A DNA stretch of 63,126 bases, filler included, from Craspedostauros australis (lineage: Eukaryota), in NCBI GenBank assembly GCA_030167865.1. It is 7 parts of 7 records of this genome, joined end to end, with 100 filler letters (N's around TTAATTAATTAA, not from the genome) between each part and the next. Parts side by side here need not be neighbours in the genome. Positions count along the whole stretch, not along the records: positions 1 to 6,586 come from JALAGF010006364.1; positions 6,687 to 12,833 come from JALAGF010006367.1; 5 more parts are not named here. The stretch is one strand, 5' to 3'. Of the stretch, positions 1-11,954 are shown piece by piece (within the stretch, counting starts at the first letter, position 1; every line of letters begins with the position of its first letter). Both the position numbers and the translations under genes were made by a program. The notes under the pieces were generated by a model. The model was not told where the DNA came from. It saw only the letters and a list, made by a program, of their open reading frames with translations, and did no database searches.

Positions 1-435
1 GAGGGCAGCAACAGCGGAGCGATGCAGTCCGCCCGACGCAGCCTCATGAGATTGCACGATCTGTTGCAGACATTATCCACCAGCCTCAAGGACCCATGGG
101 TGTACGAAACGCTTGCCTACTTCAATGAGCAAATCGGAGATGACGACGCCGTGCTCGAGAATCTGATGAAGGAGTACCGCTCCTTGCAAACTATCCGTGG
201 CTGGGAGAAGGACGATTACGAAGTCATCAAGGTCAGCAGGGTGGTGAAGCAGATCGTCGCGTTCCAAAGACAAACACCGAAGGACATTGCGAAATCCAAA
301 TTCCTGGTCCGTGGCGTCGTCAACCGCATCAAGGCGGCACGGGTGGATCTGCCGACGCACCCGACGGAGATCTCGGAACTGGAAAGCCTCCTGGCAGAAC
401 TGGATGAGCAAGGCAGACAGCACCAGATAAACTAG
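1..435 (+). CDS. 3' end of a TPR protein, TTC27/Emw1-like (partial, runs off window start)
   Basis: Frame is open from base 1 to TAG at 433-435. LMKEYRSLQTIRGWEKD...KFLVRGVVNRIK resembles my recollection of the TTC27 C-terminus (LSKAYK...WEKD...LRGLLSKAK). Confidence 0.5.
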   Translation, partial: EGSNSGAMQSARRSLMRLHDLLQTLSTSLKDPWVYETLAYFNEQIGDDDAVLENLMKEYRSLQTIRGWEKDDYEVIKVSRVVKQIVAFQRQTPKDIAKSKFLVRGVVNRIKAARVDLPTHPTEISELESLLAELDEQGRQHQIN

Positions 436-1034
436 AGAGCAGGAAAAGAGACGGCAATCTACTCCTTCGTGGGGATTCCTCTCTGGTTGCTGGTGTTGGC
501 CGCCCTTGGACATGAGCGTATCCGCTCATCTCGTGGCAAAAGTGTTTCTCTGCATTGCACGAGCAGCAATGGAATGCACAAGTTGGTTCTATGCCAAACC
601 CCCTCCTTCGGAAGACTATGCGACCAAGGAAGGAACAACGAATCGAGAACAAGAATCCATCAGAACACGTCAGTGTTCTGGTGATGTCTGGAATTGAGGG
701 TGCGAACATGATTTCGGAATTGGCTGGATCGTCCGTATCTGAAGGGCTTGCTGCGCATGCGACCTCCTTGCTTGGTTCCCTCCTGCGTGACGGTCTGCGC
801 GGCCGACCTCGAAACAGTGTGATTCTCTCACATGGCACTTCCAAGAAGCGTGGAAGGCACTCGTATGCTCGTGGGTCTTATCGTGGTCATAATCCATACT
901 TTTCTTGCTCAGCCTCTCGTTTCGTCCGTTGCGGATCAGCCACAGAGATAGGAAACAGAGATCCCAACTCATCAGGACACAGGATAGTCGGCAAGAGCAG
1001 GCAACAGCCAAATCGTCAACACACGGTCATCAAC

Positions 1035-1247
1035 ATGTGGAGTAACACAAGTCAGAACCATGAAGAGGAAACCAGAAAGTTGATCATGATGCTCAGAGAG
1101 GAAAACGAGCGGTTGACCTTTCAAGTCAAGGGTATGGACAGACATGTGCACGAATTGCAGAGACATGTGCGCGAATTGGGGCATCATATGTGCAAACTGC
1201 ACGAGGAGATGCGATGCATGAGAGAGGAAATGCGAAATCGACGGTAA
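1035..1247 (+). other. Short coiled-coil ORF with 21-bp heptad repeats, possibly a decayed gene or TE fragment
   Basis: DRHVHEL/QRHVREL/GHHMCKL/HEEMRCM heptads; DNA repeat gacatgtgc(a/g)cgaattg at ~1141-1178. Confidence 0.25.
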
Positions 1248-2592
1248 CCAATCGGCAGAGATCCCAATCGACCCTCCCCAACCTACCACGCCATACCTCG
1301 CGTGCATCGACAACTGCGAAGACGTCGCGCACATCGAAGTCGACAGCCCCATAGTTTGTTGGGACAGATCCATGCCGATCGCCTGTGTGAAATCAAACAG
1401 AGCCTCGGCACACTCTATCAATATACTCCCATGGCATCATATGAGTACGAGATCACCTCCAACTATTGCGAGAGGAAGATCATCAAGAAGGATTTTCCAG
1501 TGAACATCAAAGACATACATACACATACCCATTGGACCATTGCATCATGCATCAACACAAGCATGAGGTAGATCCCACGTGGATAACACTCTATTTAGCA
1601 CTATGAACATCGAAAGTACGAGTCTCCTTGTGATGCCATTCTGAAGTGGAAGTGTCAAGGTCGCAAAATGCAATCGCCTCAATGTAGGGTTTACCATATT
1701 TCAGCTGCATTCTGATCACGAGGACCTGACTACAGGTCCATGTAGCTCGTAGACGCAGAGACTCTTGCATGTATGCAATGGCGTGATCTGGGTTGAACGG
1801 ACTTCTGCCGGTCGCCTTGACGAGCGTGTCACTCGACTCCATGTCCCTTTCATGGGACGCTGTCATGGACAACAGACACGGTTGAGGTGCGTAAACAGCC
1901 ATAAGCTCATGCAGTCATACACTGAGTGGATCTTCGGTCAGAAGGCTCGATGTACAACTGCCGATGAATTCTCTGCATCCCTTGGTCGCAGGCAACACAA
2001 CGCGTCAGAAGAACTGTATCTTCCAGAACTTGAATCTTTGCCTGTCAGTCTGAATCGTTTCGCCTTGGGTTCGACAGCAAGCATGTGCAACGATTGTTGA
2101 TCGCATAGATTGATACGTGGCCAGAACCGACACGAGCCCTGTTCTACCACGACAGTTGAAGTTCTGATCCTTTCAAACACGCAGACTATGGCCCCATTCA
2201 GCGAAGTCGAGTATTATTCTGCGGATTTGAGATACTGAAACGTGATATTTTTAGACATCAATTTTTCGTCTTGTCCATTAGGGTTAGATATATTTAGCTA
2301 GCTTCTACGACACAAACGCATGACTGGCTTGTCCTCACCGTGGACGAAAATGATGACGTCATTGACGGTCGATGCCAGACTGAGATGGTATCCAGCCGCC
2401 TCGATGGTGATGTTGTGAAAGGTTCAGCGCTACGTTCATTCCTTGTGTTGTCGATGGTTTGGCTCTGGTGTGCGTTACCTCCTTTGTGCGTGGGATGTCA
2501 AACAGCACGGTGTTGGTGGTGGCATCCCTACACGTCCACTTCCACGTTCANNNNNNNNNNNNNNNNNNNNNNNNNNNNNNNNNNNNNNNNNN

Positions 2593-5500
2593 CAACATAA
2601 TATTATATCATATAGTATCATATAATAATACAGTATTGTGTTATGAAGCATAACACCAGGGACCAGGAAAACAAACACAGTAGAAACATGTAAAGATAGT
2701 ATTCTACAAAATGAATGCAAACACCAAAACAGCACCGACGTCAACAGGTGTCAACCGTAGAAAAGATACAGAAGTGAGGCCAACAGCAGCAACAATGGCA
2801 GGCAAAGCAATGGTAAATCATAAGGAGACTGCCAATGGCATACGCGGAGGAGGACAGTCACAAACAAGGGCTGTCAAGACCATGCCAAGGAAGGCTTGGA
2901 GCAAGAAACGGGATAAGATGCTGACACTTGTGGAAGGAGAAAACGAGGCAGGAGTCTCCATTGCGCGTAAGACAACGACAAGCATGTGGAAATCTCTGCC
3001 AGGAGAAATCCACAAGGTAGCTGTTTTGTTCTCCTACCGTGAAGTGATGGCAGAGGAAGGCAGGTCGATCCATATCCTGGTGAAAGGGATGATGAATCAA
3101 CAATACAGGTGGACCGGGAAGGCAACTGCAAAAACAGGACACACCATCCCGGTGCAGGAAGTGCAGGTGTTCATCAGCATGGCCATCGATGGAAGAAAAG
3201 AAAAATTTNNNNNNNNNNNNNNNNNNNNNNNNNNNNNNNNNNNNNNNNNNNNNNNNNNNNNNNNNNNNNNNNNNNNNNNNNNNNNNNGGTGCTGAAAGAC
3301 ATGATGATTCCCAATTCAGGAGGGCTCCTGAGGAAGACTGAGATCACCATTGTGCGGAGAGCGGCTGTGAACGTGTTGGGGTCACGGTACCCAGACATCA
3401 CGTTCGTTCCCCAAGGCAAAGATGCGGTAATGGGGGAAACTGAAAGCAGCATGATGAGCACAACCGCAGAAGGGAGCGGAAAGAAGCGAAAGACGAGAGA
3501 TAGCGACATCGTCCAACCAAGAAACCTCAAGCAGAAGAAAATCAAATTCATGANCAGCACACCAACCGCGATAGAGGTGGAGGGACAGCGTTTGGCAAAG
3601 GCGATGGAGCACAACACAAGTAGTGAGAGTGAGGAGTCCAACAAAGATGAGGAGTCATGCAAGAGTGAAGGGAGCACAAGCAGTGCGAAAACGGATGAAG
3701 ACAGTGATAGCGATGCATCCATGGAGAGCAAGACCACGCATACGCTGAAGAAAGGCATGGTAGTGAAGAGATTTAACATGACAGTACTGGTCAAATCAGG
3801 CGGCAATCCAGTGAAGAGGTATCTGAAGCCACTTAAAAATGGCTAGTGGCGCTCATGGATCACGTCGACACGATCTTCCTCATGGTGTGGAAGGTGCAAG
3901 ACACCACTGAGGTGATTGGCAAAGCCAACCAATTTCCAACAACTGAGAAGGAGCTGATGGTGTACGTGAGCAGGATGAAGGCAACATTGAATGGTCGAAC
4001 AGTGGCGGCACAAGTGCGNNNNNNNNNNNNNNNNNNNNNNNNNNNNNNNNNNNNNNNNNNNNNNNNNNNNNNNNNNNNNNNNNNNNNNNNNACTGGACAG
4101 ACTCTGTACAAGAGACTGCTGGATGAAGCGGAGTACACAAAGCAAATTGGAATGCTCACCTACATGGGGAACTTTTCCAATGGACCTGCTATATGCGCCA
4201 TCATCAACAAGCGTCTGAAGGCTGCAGGAGTCGAAGGCGAAGTTGGGGGAAGAGTCAGGGCGGATGGAATGATCAGCCAGGAATGGCAAGATGCTCATAA
4301 AGCTATGGGGAGGAGTTTCAAGGTGCAACCTTGGCAAGCTCTCAGGCTTGAAGCTGACAGCCGCTTCCATGTGAGAATCGCCGAAATCCTCTGTGAGATG
4401 TTCAATGACATCTCCAAGATTGGGTCAGGAGAACTCTGCAACAGATTCATCCCCCATCCAATGGCAATGACGTTGGGCCCAGATGGAGTAGCAGCCACAA
4501 AGAAGATGCTACAGAAACTCAAAGTGGTAATGGGAAGGATGGTGGAAGTGCAGATCAGAGGGGTCGAAGACCTTGATGAGCTGGACACAACGGATCCAAG
4601 GAACCACTGAGATCAAACCTTGCCAATCAGGTGCATCTGATCACAAAGAGGCCGGTGTTTATCCACGTTGACACGCAGGAGGTGCCCTGGAATGGAAAGA
4701 CCGACATTGCCTACGCATACATGCTCCCAGAACATCTGGTGAGGGCAGAGGCGATCGTAAACACCCTGGCAGCGAGGTGCACGTGGGATGTGGGAGCCAC
4801 CAGCACGAACTGGTTCACTCTGACTGAGCAAGCCAAGGTGCATCAGGTGCAGTATGATGAGGAGACTGGGAAGTGCGTGGTGCTCCAGATCGAATTGATG
4901 TTGATGGTGGCAGACGAATTTCCGGATGTCGAGATCAAAGGACTTGAAGTGGTGGAAGGATTGTCATTTTGACTGCTGGCGCTTGACGACAAAAATGCAT
5001 ACTTGTTCACAACGCACACCAGTCAAAAAGGGACGGCACTCGGCAAGCCTATCAAGTTGGTCATGAAACGATGCATGGTGGAGGCTCCTGCGAGCATCCT
5101 ACCAGGCCATGGCAACAAGTGCAGGTATGATGCGAATCTTCCAGGCGGTAGGAAGCAAGTGGTCAATGGTGGTTCCACATTCATGGTGGGCAAGTGTGGC
5201 CAAATAAGCATCTGCAGCACAGCTGGAAGTGCGAATAGTGGAGGATCTGATACAACCGAGGAGGCAGGGTGATCGCCCGATAATGGAAGCCATTGCGGAG
5301 CTGCGCAACAGGGAGGAAATGCGACAAGTGAATCTGTGTCGAAGGTCAATGAAGTTGTTCTGGATGTCTGAGATCGTTACNGCGGACNGAACAGGCATTC
5401 TGAAGGCGGTCCTTGAAGATGATGGAGCGATGGTGGAAGCCAGTGAAGTGAATGTGCCTACAGTTGGGCGGCTCAAGCAAGTGTATTGGGCAACATGGAG

Positions 5501-6112
5501 GTCCAAGCTCAAGGAGATGCTGGGTCGGAATAGCGTGCTTAAGGATCGTTTACGGCTGGGCAAGTGNNNNNNNNNNNNNNNNNNNNNNNNNNNNNNNNNN
5601 NNNNNNNNNNNNNNNNNNNNNNNNNNNNNNNNNNNNNNNNNNNNNNNNNNNNNNNNNNNNNNNNNNNNNNNNNNNNNNNNNNNNNNNNNNNNNNNNNNNN
5701 NNNNNNNNNNNNNNNNNNNNNNNNNNNNNNNNNNNNNNNNNNNNNNNNNNNNNNNNNNNNNNNNNNNNNNNNNNNNNNNNNNNNNNNNNNNNNNNNNNNN
5801 NNNNNNNNNNNNNNNNNNNNNNNNNNNNNNNNNNNCGGATGCTGACAGTTGGTGAATGGGATGATGCCGTGGTGGCAGATACCCAGGGGATGGAGAGTTT
5901 CTGGGAGGATCTTGGCGAAGCCGAGTTGTGGGCTGTGAAACACATCAGATGCGAGGTCGACTGGAGAGATATCGCCCAGAGTATACGAGAAGAGACAGCG
6001 GTCGGCAGAAGTGACAGGTCTGCCAAAAATGGCAAGGGAATGGCAGCATGGGCGATGGCCAATGATGAGACTCTGGAGGTGCCGGTGTTTGGAACCTTTG
6101 AGGCTCCACGGA
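2593..6112 (+). mobile_element. Degenerate, internally deleted Ambal-like LINE (ORF1 remnant plus post-RT and RNase H remnant of ORF2)
   Basis: 3846-5030 aligns by eye with ORF1 at 36765-39368 (IGMLTYMGNFS..VGGRV..PWQALRLEAD vs IGFMAYSGNFT..VGGRV..PWMALHLHAD). 5076-5566 gives RLLRAS..SWW..PRRQGDRPIME..VNLCRR..SEIVxAD..LRLGK, the post-RT region. 5990-6110 gives AVGRSDRSAKNGKGMAAW, a decayed RNase H SDGS motif. Multiple stops and frameshifts. Confidence 0.75.
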
Positions 6113-6586
6113 TGTTGGAAATCCGAGGTTATAGTAGTAGACTAATCTGTTATCAGTCTGTACCGTTTTAGAACTGTGAGCACAACATGCTCATCTCCTT
6201 TCGATTCCAATTCACAACAAGCATGATCTGTAGTAGCCACCCGAGGTTACACCCTTCAGCTTGGCTCCTTTCGTCTGCATCTTCATCTTGCTTTCGTCGT
6301 GGTTCATCGCTTGCTTGGCTGAGGATTGGAGAGCACCTACATTCGTCAAGTTCATACTTGTAGACCTGTAGGTACCTCTCCTTCGGTCTCCTGTCACCTC
6401 ACTGGTCCCACTTCATTTCAGTTCCTCCCTTTGGTCATCTTGATGGTTGCCTTAGGATGCTTGGAACTTATTGTCATCTGGATCGTGGTCTTGGGTGAAT
6501 ATGGATCGCCTCTGTTTCGCTTTCTCACGTTAGGTTCTCAGGGACGCGTCGACTTGTTCAGATATATTGGTTGTCGCGCTCATTCG
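6113..6586. mobile_element. Probable LTR end inserted into the LINE RNase H region
   Basis: LINE coding similarity stops abruptly at TGTTGG (6113), a typical Copia LTR terminus. Non-coding sequence follows to the scaffold end and shares ACTAATCTG near the terminus with the 48883 LTR candidate. Confidence 0.4.
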
Positions 6587-6630
6587 NNNNNNNNNNNNNN
6601 NNNNNNNNNNNNNNNNNNNNNNNNNNNNNN

Positions 6631-6642
6631 TTAATTAATTAA
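6631..6642. other. Artificial scaffold linker TTAATTAATTAA
   Basis: Six-frame-stop 12-mer embedded in N runs. Confidence 0.97.
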
Positions 6643-6686
6643 NNNNNNNNNNNNNNNNNNNNNNNNNNNNNNNNNNNNNNNNNNNN

Positions 6687-7010
6687 AGAGTCAATCTGTG
6701 TTTGCAATGTGGACTTGTGCTCCAGATATCCCCATACTTTGATGGCTCTCTCAAGGCGTCATTTGCAAGATGATGCAGTGAAACGTGAAAGTGAAGAAGT
6801 TGCAAATGCAAAATCAAAACGTCCAAGTTGAACAACTCAGTTCATCATCCCGATGAGCTGCTGGAACTGGTGTTGTTAGTCAGGTGTTAGTAGTTTGGAG
6901 TCATCCGTTTCCAGATGATTCTTGTTCTGCGTGGGACCATGTTGGTTGTGTATTGATCCCTGTTGTCATTCCAACTTGTCCAATGCATTTGCAATGTATT
7001 TGCTGCAGGC
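6687..7010 (-). pseudogene. Ty1/Copia reverse transcriptase C-terminal fragment, degenerate
   Basis: Minus strand reads SKYIANALDKLE*...NHLETDDSKLL..FQQLIGMMN*VVQLGRFDFAFATSSLSRF...RLERAIKVWGYL. This matches Copia HPELDDS..IG.L.W.V..GR.DIA.A.S.LSRF..HL..A.RV.GYL, with stops. Confidence 0.75.
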
Positions 7011-7473
7011 AGGCTTGCAGCAGATACTGTGATAACGCCTGATCCACAGCCACTGTTGGACCTCAAGAAGCCAATCGGCCACATGAATGATGTCATTATG
7101 CTTCCGCTGACACTGCACGAGAGTGCCAGCATGCACCCTGCGGCATTGGCTGCAGCGGGTCGCCGTCAGTGTGTCCACATGGCATGTCATGATGCTCAAA
7201 ATATCAAGCCATCCCAACAATACAGCGTTTGACATTGACATGTTGTCATCTGGCAACCATCCACTTGCTGACATCACCTGGAACAGCATGAACAACCAAG
7301 AGCAGCTACATGTCTTCGACATCGCCCCTGGACATCGTTCTCGTCGCACTCCATAGTGGCGATCCAGACTGCGGCATTCATATCTCATGGATAGCAGGGA
7401 ACATGAGGTGTGGACCCTGGGCAATGTTGCATATTGGCAAGTTCTGCTCACGGATACTCTTGCGACTGTTGAC

Positions 7474-7503
7474 GGTGGTGGTGGTGGTGGTGGTGGTGGT
7501 GGT
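7474..7503 (+). repeat. (GGT)10 microsatellite
   Basis: Read directly. Confidence 0.95.
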
Positions 7504-8131
7504 TACTATTTTTCTTGCTATTTCATTGCGTTGTTCCGATGCCTCTTGGAGTCTCCCAATACTCTTGGTGTCTCTCAACTATCGTCCGACTATGAGTTGG
7601 CATGTGAGATGCTCTCTTGCTATTTCTTGTATTCTTTTGCTCTTTCTCTCTCTCTCGTGTGTTGGTACTGTGCGATAATCGGTGTTAGATACATACTCTG
7701 TATTTGATACATATTCCATCCTTTTGTCCTCTACTGGTGCACTACTCTGTGAGTATTCGCCAATGTCTCATCTGAACTCCTCCTTGCATATCCATGATCT
7801 TGATGCCACTTGGTCATTGAATCTTCACCTTCTTGATCTGATGCGGAGACAGATGTTGATGTGGTGACATGATGACATCCTGTTGATGTCAGCTGTCATC
7901 TTCCATGATCCTTCAGATTCCATATTCCATCAATGATGCAGTGGTATGGCAAGGATATCGTCATTTGAGGTTTAGTTGTGAAATATATTGATCCTCGCTC
8001 AATGTCATGCATTTCTGTCAGTTGATGGACAGACTGCATTCCTGATGCTCTCAGAAATGAGTGTTCACAAATATCCTTCCGAAATTCTGATTTTTTGTTT
8101 GTGCCAATTTTGTGATGTGATTTCGATCAAC

Positions 8132-8211
8132 CACAGATCATTCACAGATCAATTGCAGATCACTCACAGATCACTCACAGATCGCTCACAGATCAATCAC
8201 AGATCACTCAC
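8132..8211 (+). repeat. ~7 copies of an 11-bp minisatellite (CACAGATCACT consensus)
   Basis: cacagatcatt, cacagatcaat, tgcagatcact, cacagatcact, cacagatcgct, cacagatcaat, cacagatcact. Confidence 0.9.
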
Positions 8212-8269
8212 GACACAAATGTTTGTGCCGCTTGTGCGTAGAGCATACAAGAACAATGAGTGAGCAATG

Positions 8270-9750
8270 CACATACACATATGTACATTCCAACAGGCAA
8301 GGCAGAAATCACAGGGCACACATTCACGGCTACTCTGGCTGCTATGGATTTCTGGCTGTTCTTTGCTGTCACAACCATGGAGAACAAGACCATCTATGGC
8401 GCTGACATTTACAATACATTTGCTGAGGCTTCTCGTGGTGCACGGAAGTACTACATGCATGTTGACAGCCCCTTTGCTGATGGGTGGCAGTCATAGGGAC
8501 GCGCACCCATTCCGTGAAGCTGCATGGCTTTCATCAGCAAGAATCTTCAGGGTCATTCCCGAGCACTATGGCAGTGGGCGGTGCACATCGATGCACAGCT
8601 GCAGCGCATGGGTTTCAGGCCCACCACGCATGCTCTATGCCTATACCGCGGCGCTTACAAAGAACATGACATGCTCTTTCTATGTCAGGTTGATGACTTT
8701 GCCATTGCATGCAGCAATGTAGCGGCTTGCTCCATGATCTGCGATGAGCTTGGATTCGTTCCTGTTCATTCCCATGAAATGATTCAGCGTTCTCCAACAC
8801 TTCATTGGTGCAGATCTGATCCAAACTGCCACACATGTCTCCATCCACAATAGCACACATCTCAACAAGGTTTTCAAATGGCATGAGCAGAAGAAGATGA
8901 ATGGTGCACTCACTCCAATGGATGATGGCAATGCGCACATACGCAAGCTGGACGATTCTGAAGCCTTGGATGCATGCGGCCTCAAGCAGGCACAGGCAGA
9001 CATTGAATGCTATTGTGAGGCTATTGGCGAACTCATTTGTCCCATGATCACCTGTAGGCCAGTCATCGCTTTTCCCATCGTGCAACTCTTGCAATTCTCA
9101 GCAAGGCTGGCCATAGATCATTTTGCTGTCGTCAAGCAGGTTTCTCGATATCTTTTCCGCACTCCTGCTCATGGCATCGCGCTGCATTGCACCGACGCTG
9201 TCCCTGCACTACCGCCCATGCCTGTTCCAGCCAAGCAAACGCCAGTGCATGATGATGTATTTGGCCATCCAGCAGAACAACCCAATGTCCTCTAAAGGTA
9301 TGCTGACAGTGATTGGGCCATGGACACTCAGCAACAACAGTCAGTGTCGTCCATCGTTTTCCATCTCGCTGCTGCTGCTGCCGCATGGAAACCGAGAGTG
9401 CAGATCACAGTCGCCATGTCCAGCACAGAGGCTGAACTTCTCTGTGCTTCCGATGCTGGTCGCATGGTATTATGCACTCATTGCATCCTTGGCAAGCTTG
9501 GTGTACTTCAGCAGTGTGGTACGGTGCTGTACAAGAACAACTGAATTGCGCTCATGATGGCCAACGCATGGCAGCCCTCGCGTTGCACACGCCACGGCGC
9601 CATTCGACATTTTGCTGTTCAACAGTGGGTGGAAAACAACCACATTGCGTTGGCAGAAACTTGTCTGCTTTGATCGCTGCCGACATGTCTACCAAGCAGA
9701 CCTCTCTGCCCCTCTTCATGAGGCACTGGGACCACGTCTCCGGAGTGATG
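8270..9750 (+). pseudogene. Degenerate CoDi-like Copia pol (RT plus RNase H)
   Basis: GADIYNTFAEA, KNLQGH..W, GFRPTTHALCLY, LCQVDDFAIA (QVDD-type RT site), YADSDWA, TVAMSSTEAE, ADMSTKQ. Several stops and frameshifts. Confidence 0.9.
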
Positions 9751-9854
9751 TCCCTTTGTGGCCAGCAACATGAAGCAAGCGGCGGCTGCAACGGATTTGA
9801 GTAGTTACATACTTTTGGATCATTTGGTCATCCCAGTCCATCAATTGTAGCGGG

Positions 9855-10229
9855 TGTCACAGTCTGGATATTGTCCATCTGTGTGTACAGAGACTTCACA
9901 CTTTTCCTCCACCTCACACCAAAATCATAATTCTTGTGTTCTCTGCTTTGTACAGGCTCTCACACCATGCACTCATCACAATGGATGCAGAATTGCTACT
10001 TTGTACCACACATGTGCTTGCTTTGGTTGGAGAAGCACCCATCCACATTTTACATATGTTTTTTGTATGTGCGGTGATGCTTTGTTTGTGTACTTCATTG
10101 GCACTCCATCAGCCAGCAGTTGCATTCCAGCTTTCCACTGTCACGAAGATCGGAGAGTGATGGGTTCCATCCAGGATTCTGAGGTTTTGACCTTCTGTAG
10201 AAGTAACTGTGTCATGGACATACATGACA
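9855..10229 (+). mobile_element. Candidate 3' LTR of the 8270-9750 Copia
   Basis: Starts TGTCA right after AGCGGG (PPT remnant), ~100 bp after pol. Ends TGACA just before an unrelated repeat begins. Confidence 0.5.
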
Positions 10230-10231
10230 GG

Positions 10232-11254
10232 CGTTCCAGTTCAATGCATCCTCAGACTGAGATGATGATGGAGAGTGATGCTGTGATCAACAACATGGTT
10301 GATGGTTGTGTTGGACATTTGTGGATAGTCCTGTCCACACTGTTCGACATCAGGTGTTGGATCCAAGCCATGTTGACACCATCGTCTCTCCTGCCTTCGC
10401 GACTCCCCCACCAAATCCATACAGCTGCAGCAAAGCAAAGTAGGCTGGATGGCCATGATTTAGGGCGGATGGGCAATGCNNNNNNNNNNNNNNNNNNNNN
10501 NNNNNNNNNNNNNNNNNNNNNNNNNNNNNCAAAGCAAAGTAGGCTGGATGGCCATGATTTAGGGCGGATGGGCAATGCAGTGGAGTGCGCAAGCACCTCC
10601 CATGGCACCTCACAATCGGAGGCGCGCCCTTGGCTACTTCACAATTGGCAGGACAGTGTCACCAACCTCATGTGGCACACGACACTGATGCAATGGCAGG
10701 ACCAGACCAAGGTCAAGGCATCCCAGACTTCCGATGACACGACGCCCGTGCTGCTCCAATATTTTCAGATGCTGCGAACATGCCTGCCAACCACCATCCC
10801 TGCAGTCCTGCACCCACTTTGGGAGCATCATCCGCACACTGAGCAGACCGCCCAGCTCATTCCGTGGGTCCAAGCCATGCACCAAGGCCTTGGAGGCAAT
10901 GCGTCACCAGCCACGGCAGTGCTTGTGAACTGAAAATGGAACTATAGGTGGATCGCACCCTGAGACAATTCCCCTGCCACCACGACATCGCCAGCAAACA
11001 GACCTGCCTAATGGACAGAGCCCTCTCTCCCAACATGATCATAATACTGACACATCCGTTCCCACTGCGTGCAGACATGGAGAATAAACAAGGCAGAATC
11101 AAAGCACCCCCCAGCGCATANNNNNNNNNNNNNNNNNNNNNNNNNNNNNNNNNNNNNNNNNNNNNNNNNNTGCGTGCAGACATGGAGAATAAACAAGGCA
11201 GAATCAAAGCACCCCCCAGCGCATAACTTAACAGTTATAATCAGTGAGGTATAT
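10232..11254 (+). mobile_element. 3' end of a LINE family (ORF2 C-terminus plus 3' UTR), copy 1
   Basis: Highly similar to the reverse complement of 17711-18528. Encodes QQSKVGWMAMI*GGWAMQW..WQDSVTNLMWHTTLMQWQD (Q..IGW..G.W...W motif). Both copies end at GAGGTATAT. Confidence 0.65.
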
Positions 11255-11954
11255 CCATGGAGAATTTTCGTCGCGATAATGGGAACAATTTGCGTCAGGA
11301 CGCAAGTTTTGGCCCTTTTCTGGATTTGTTGCATCCTGACGCAAATTCTGATTTTGTGTGGAGATTTAACACGACGAGAAAATGGTCCCGACTTGTTGGA
11401 CTCACAGCCACAAAACTCCCTCCTTCTTGTGCGGACTTCCTTCGTGTTATTTTCTTGGCTTCCGTCTCGTGTTATTTTCGCGAGGTGTTCAGTGTGTTCT
11501 CTACATCAAGCACATACTCCAGAGGATGCTGTTGTTTGCAGTGATAATGAGGATGCCAACTATAGTTTGTTGGTACCAAATAGTAGTAGCACTACTATGA
11601 CAGCATAAACATGGTGTTTTCTTTGGCTGTCCGCTGTCTTCATGTCTACTCGATTACTTGTATTTCTTCGCATGTCGATAGGACCTACAGTCCTTTCTGT
11701 TCATACTCCACACTGTATGATACAGCTCCAGGCAGCTTCACATGACATCAGGGTCTTATTCATTCCTTGCGAGGTGAGATGTATGTCTTAGTTTGTGTCT
11801 GCATCTGTGTTGCTTCCTCCTTCCATTGGGTCCCAACCTCATGAGATGTTCCCATCGAATCAAGATCGCCATCCANGTGCTTATCTTTCAAGCAAAGGTT
11901 GCTTGCTTCATTGAGAAACATGAATGTGTTAGTACTCATGTGAATAAGATAACA

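Noticed and set aside
2278..2288. TTAGGGTTAG telomere-like motif
   Set aside because: Fewer than two units; expected by chance.
9854..10933. 359-aa ORF
   Set aside because: It spans a candidate LTR, an N gap and a frameshifted LINE remnant, so it is not a coherent gene.
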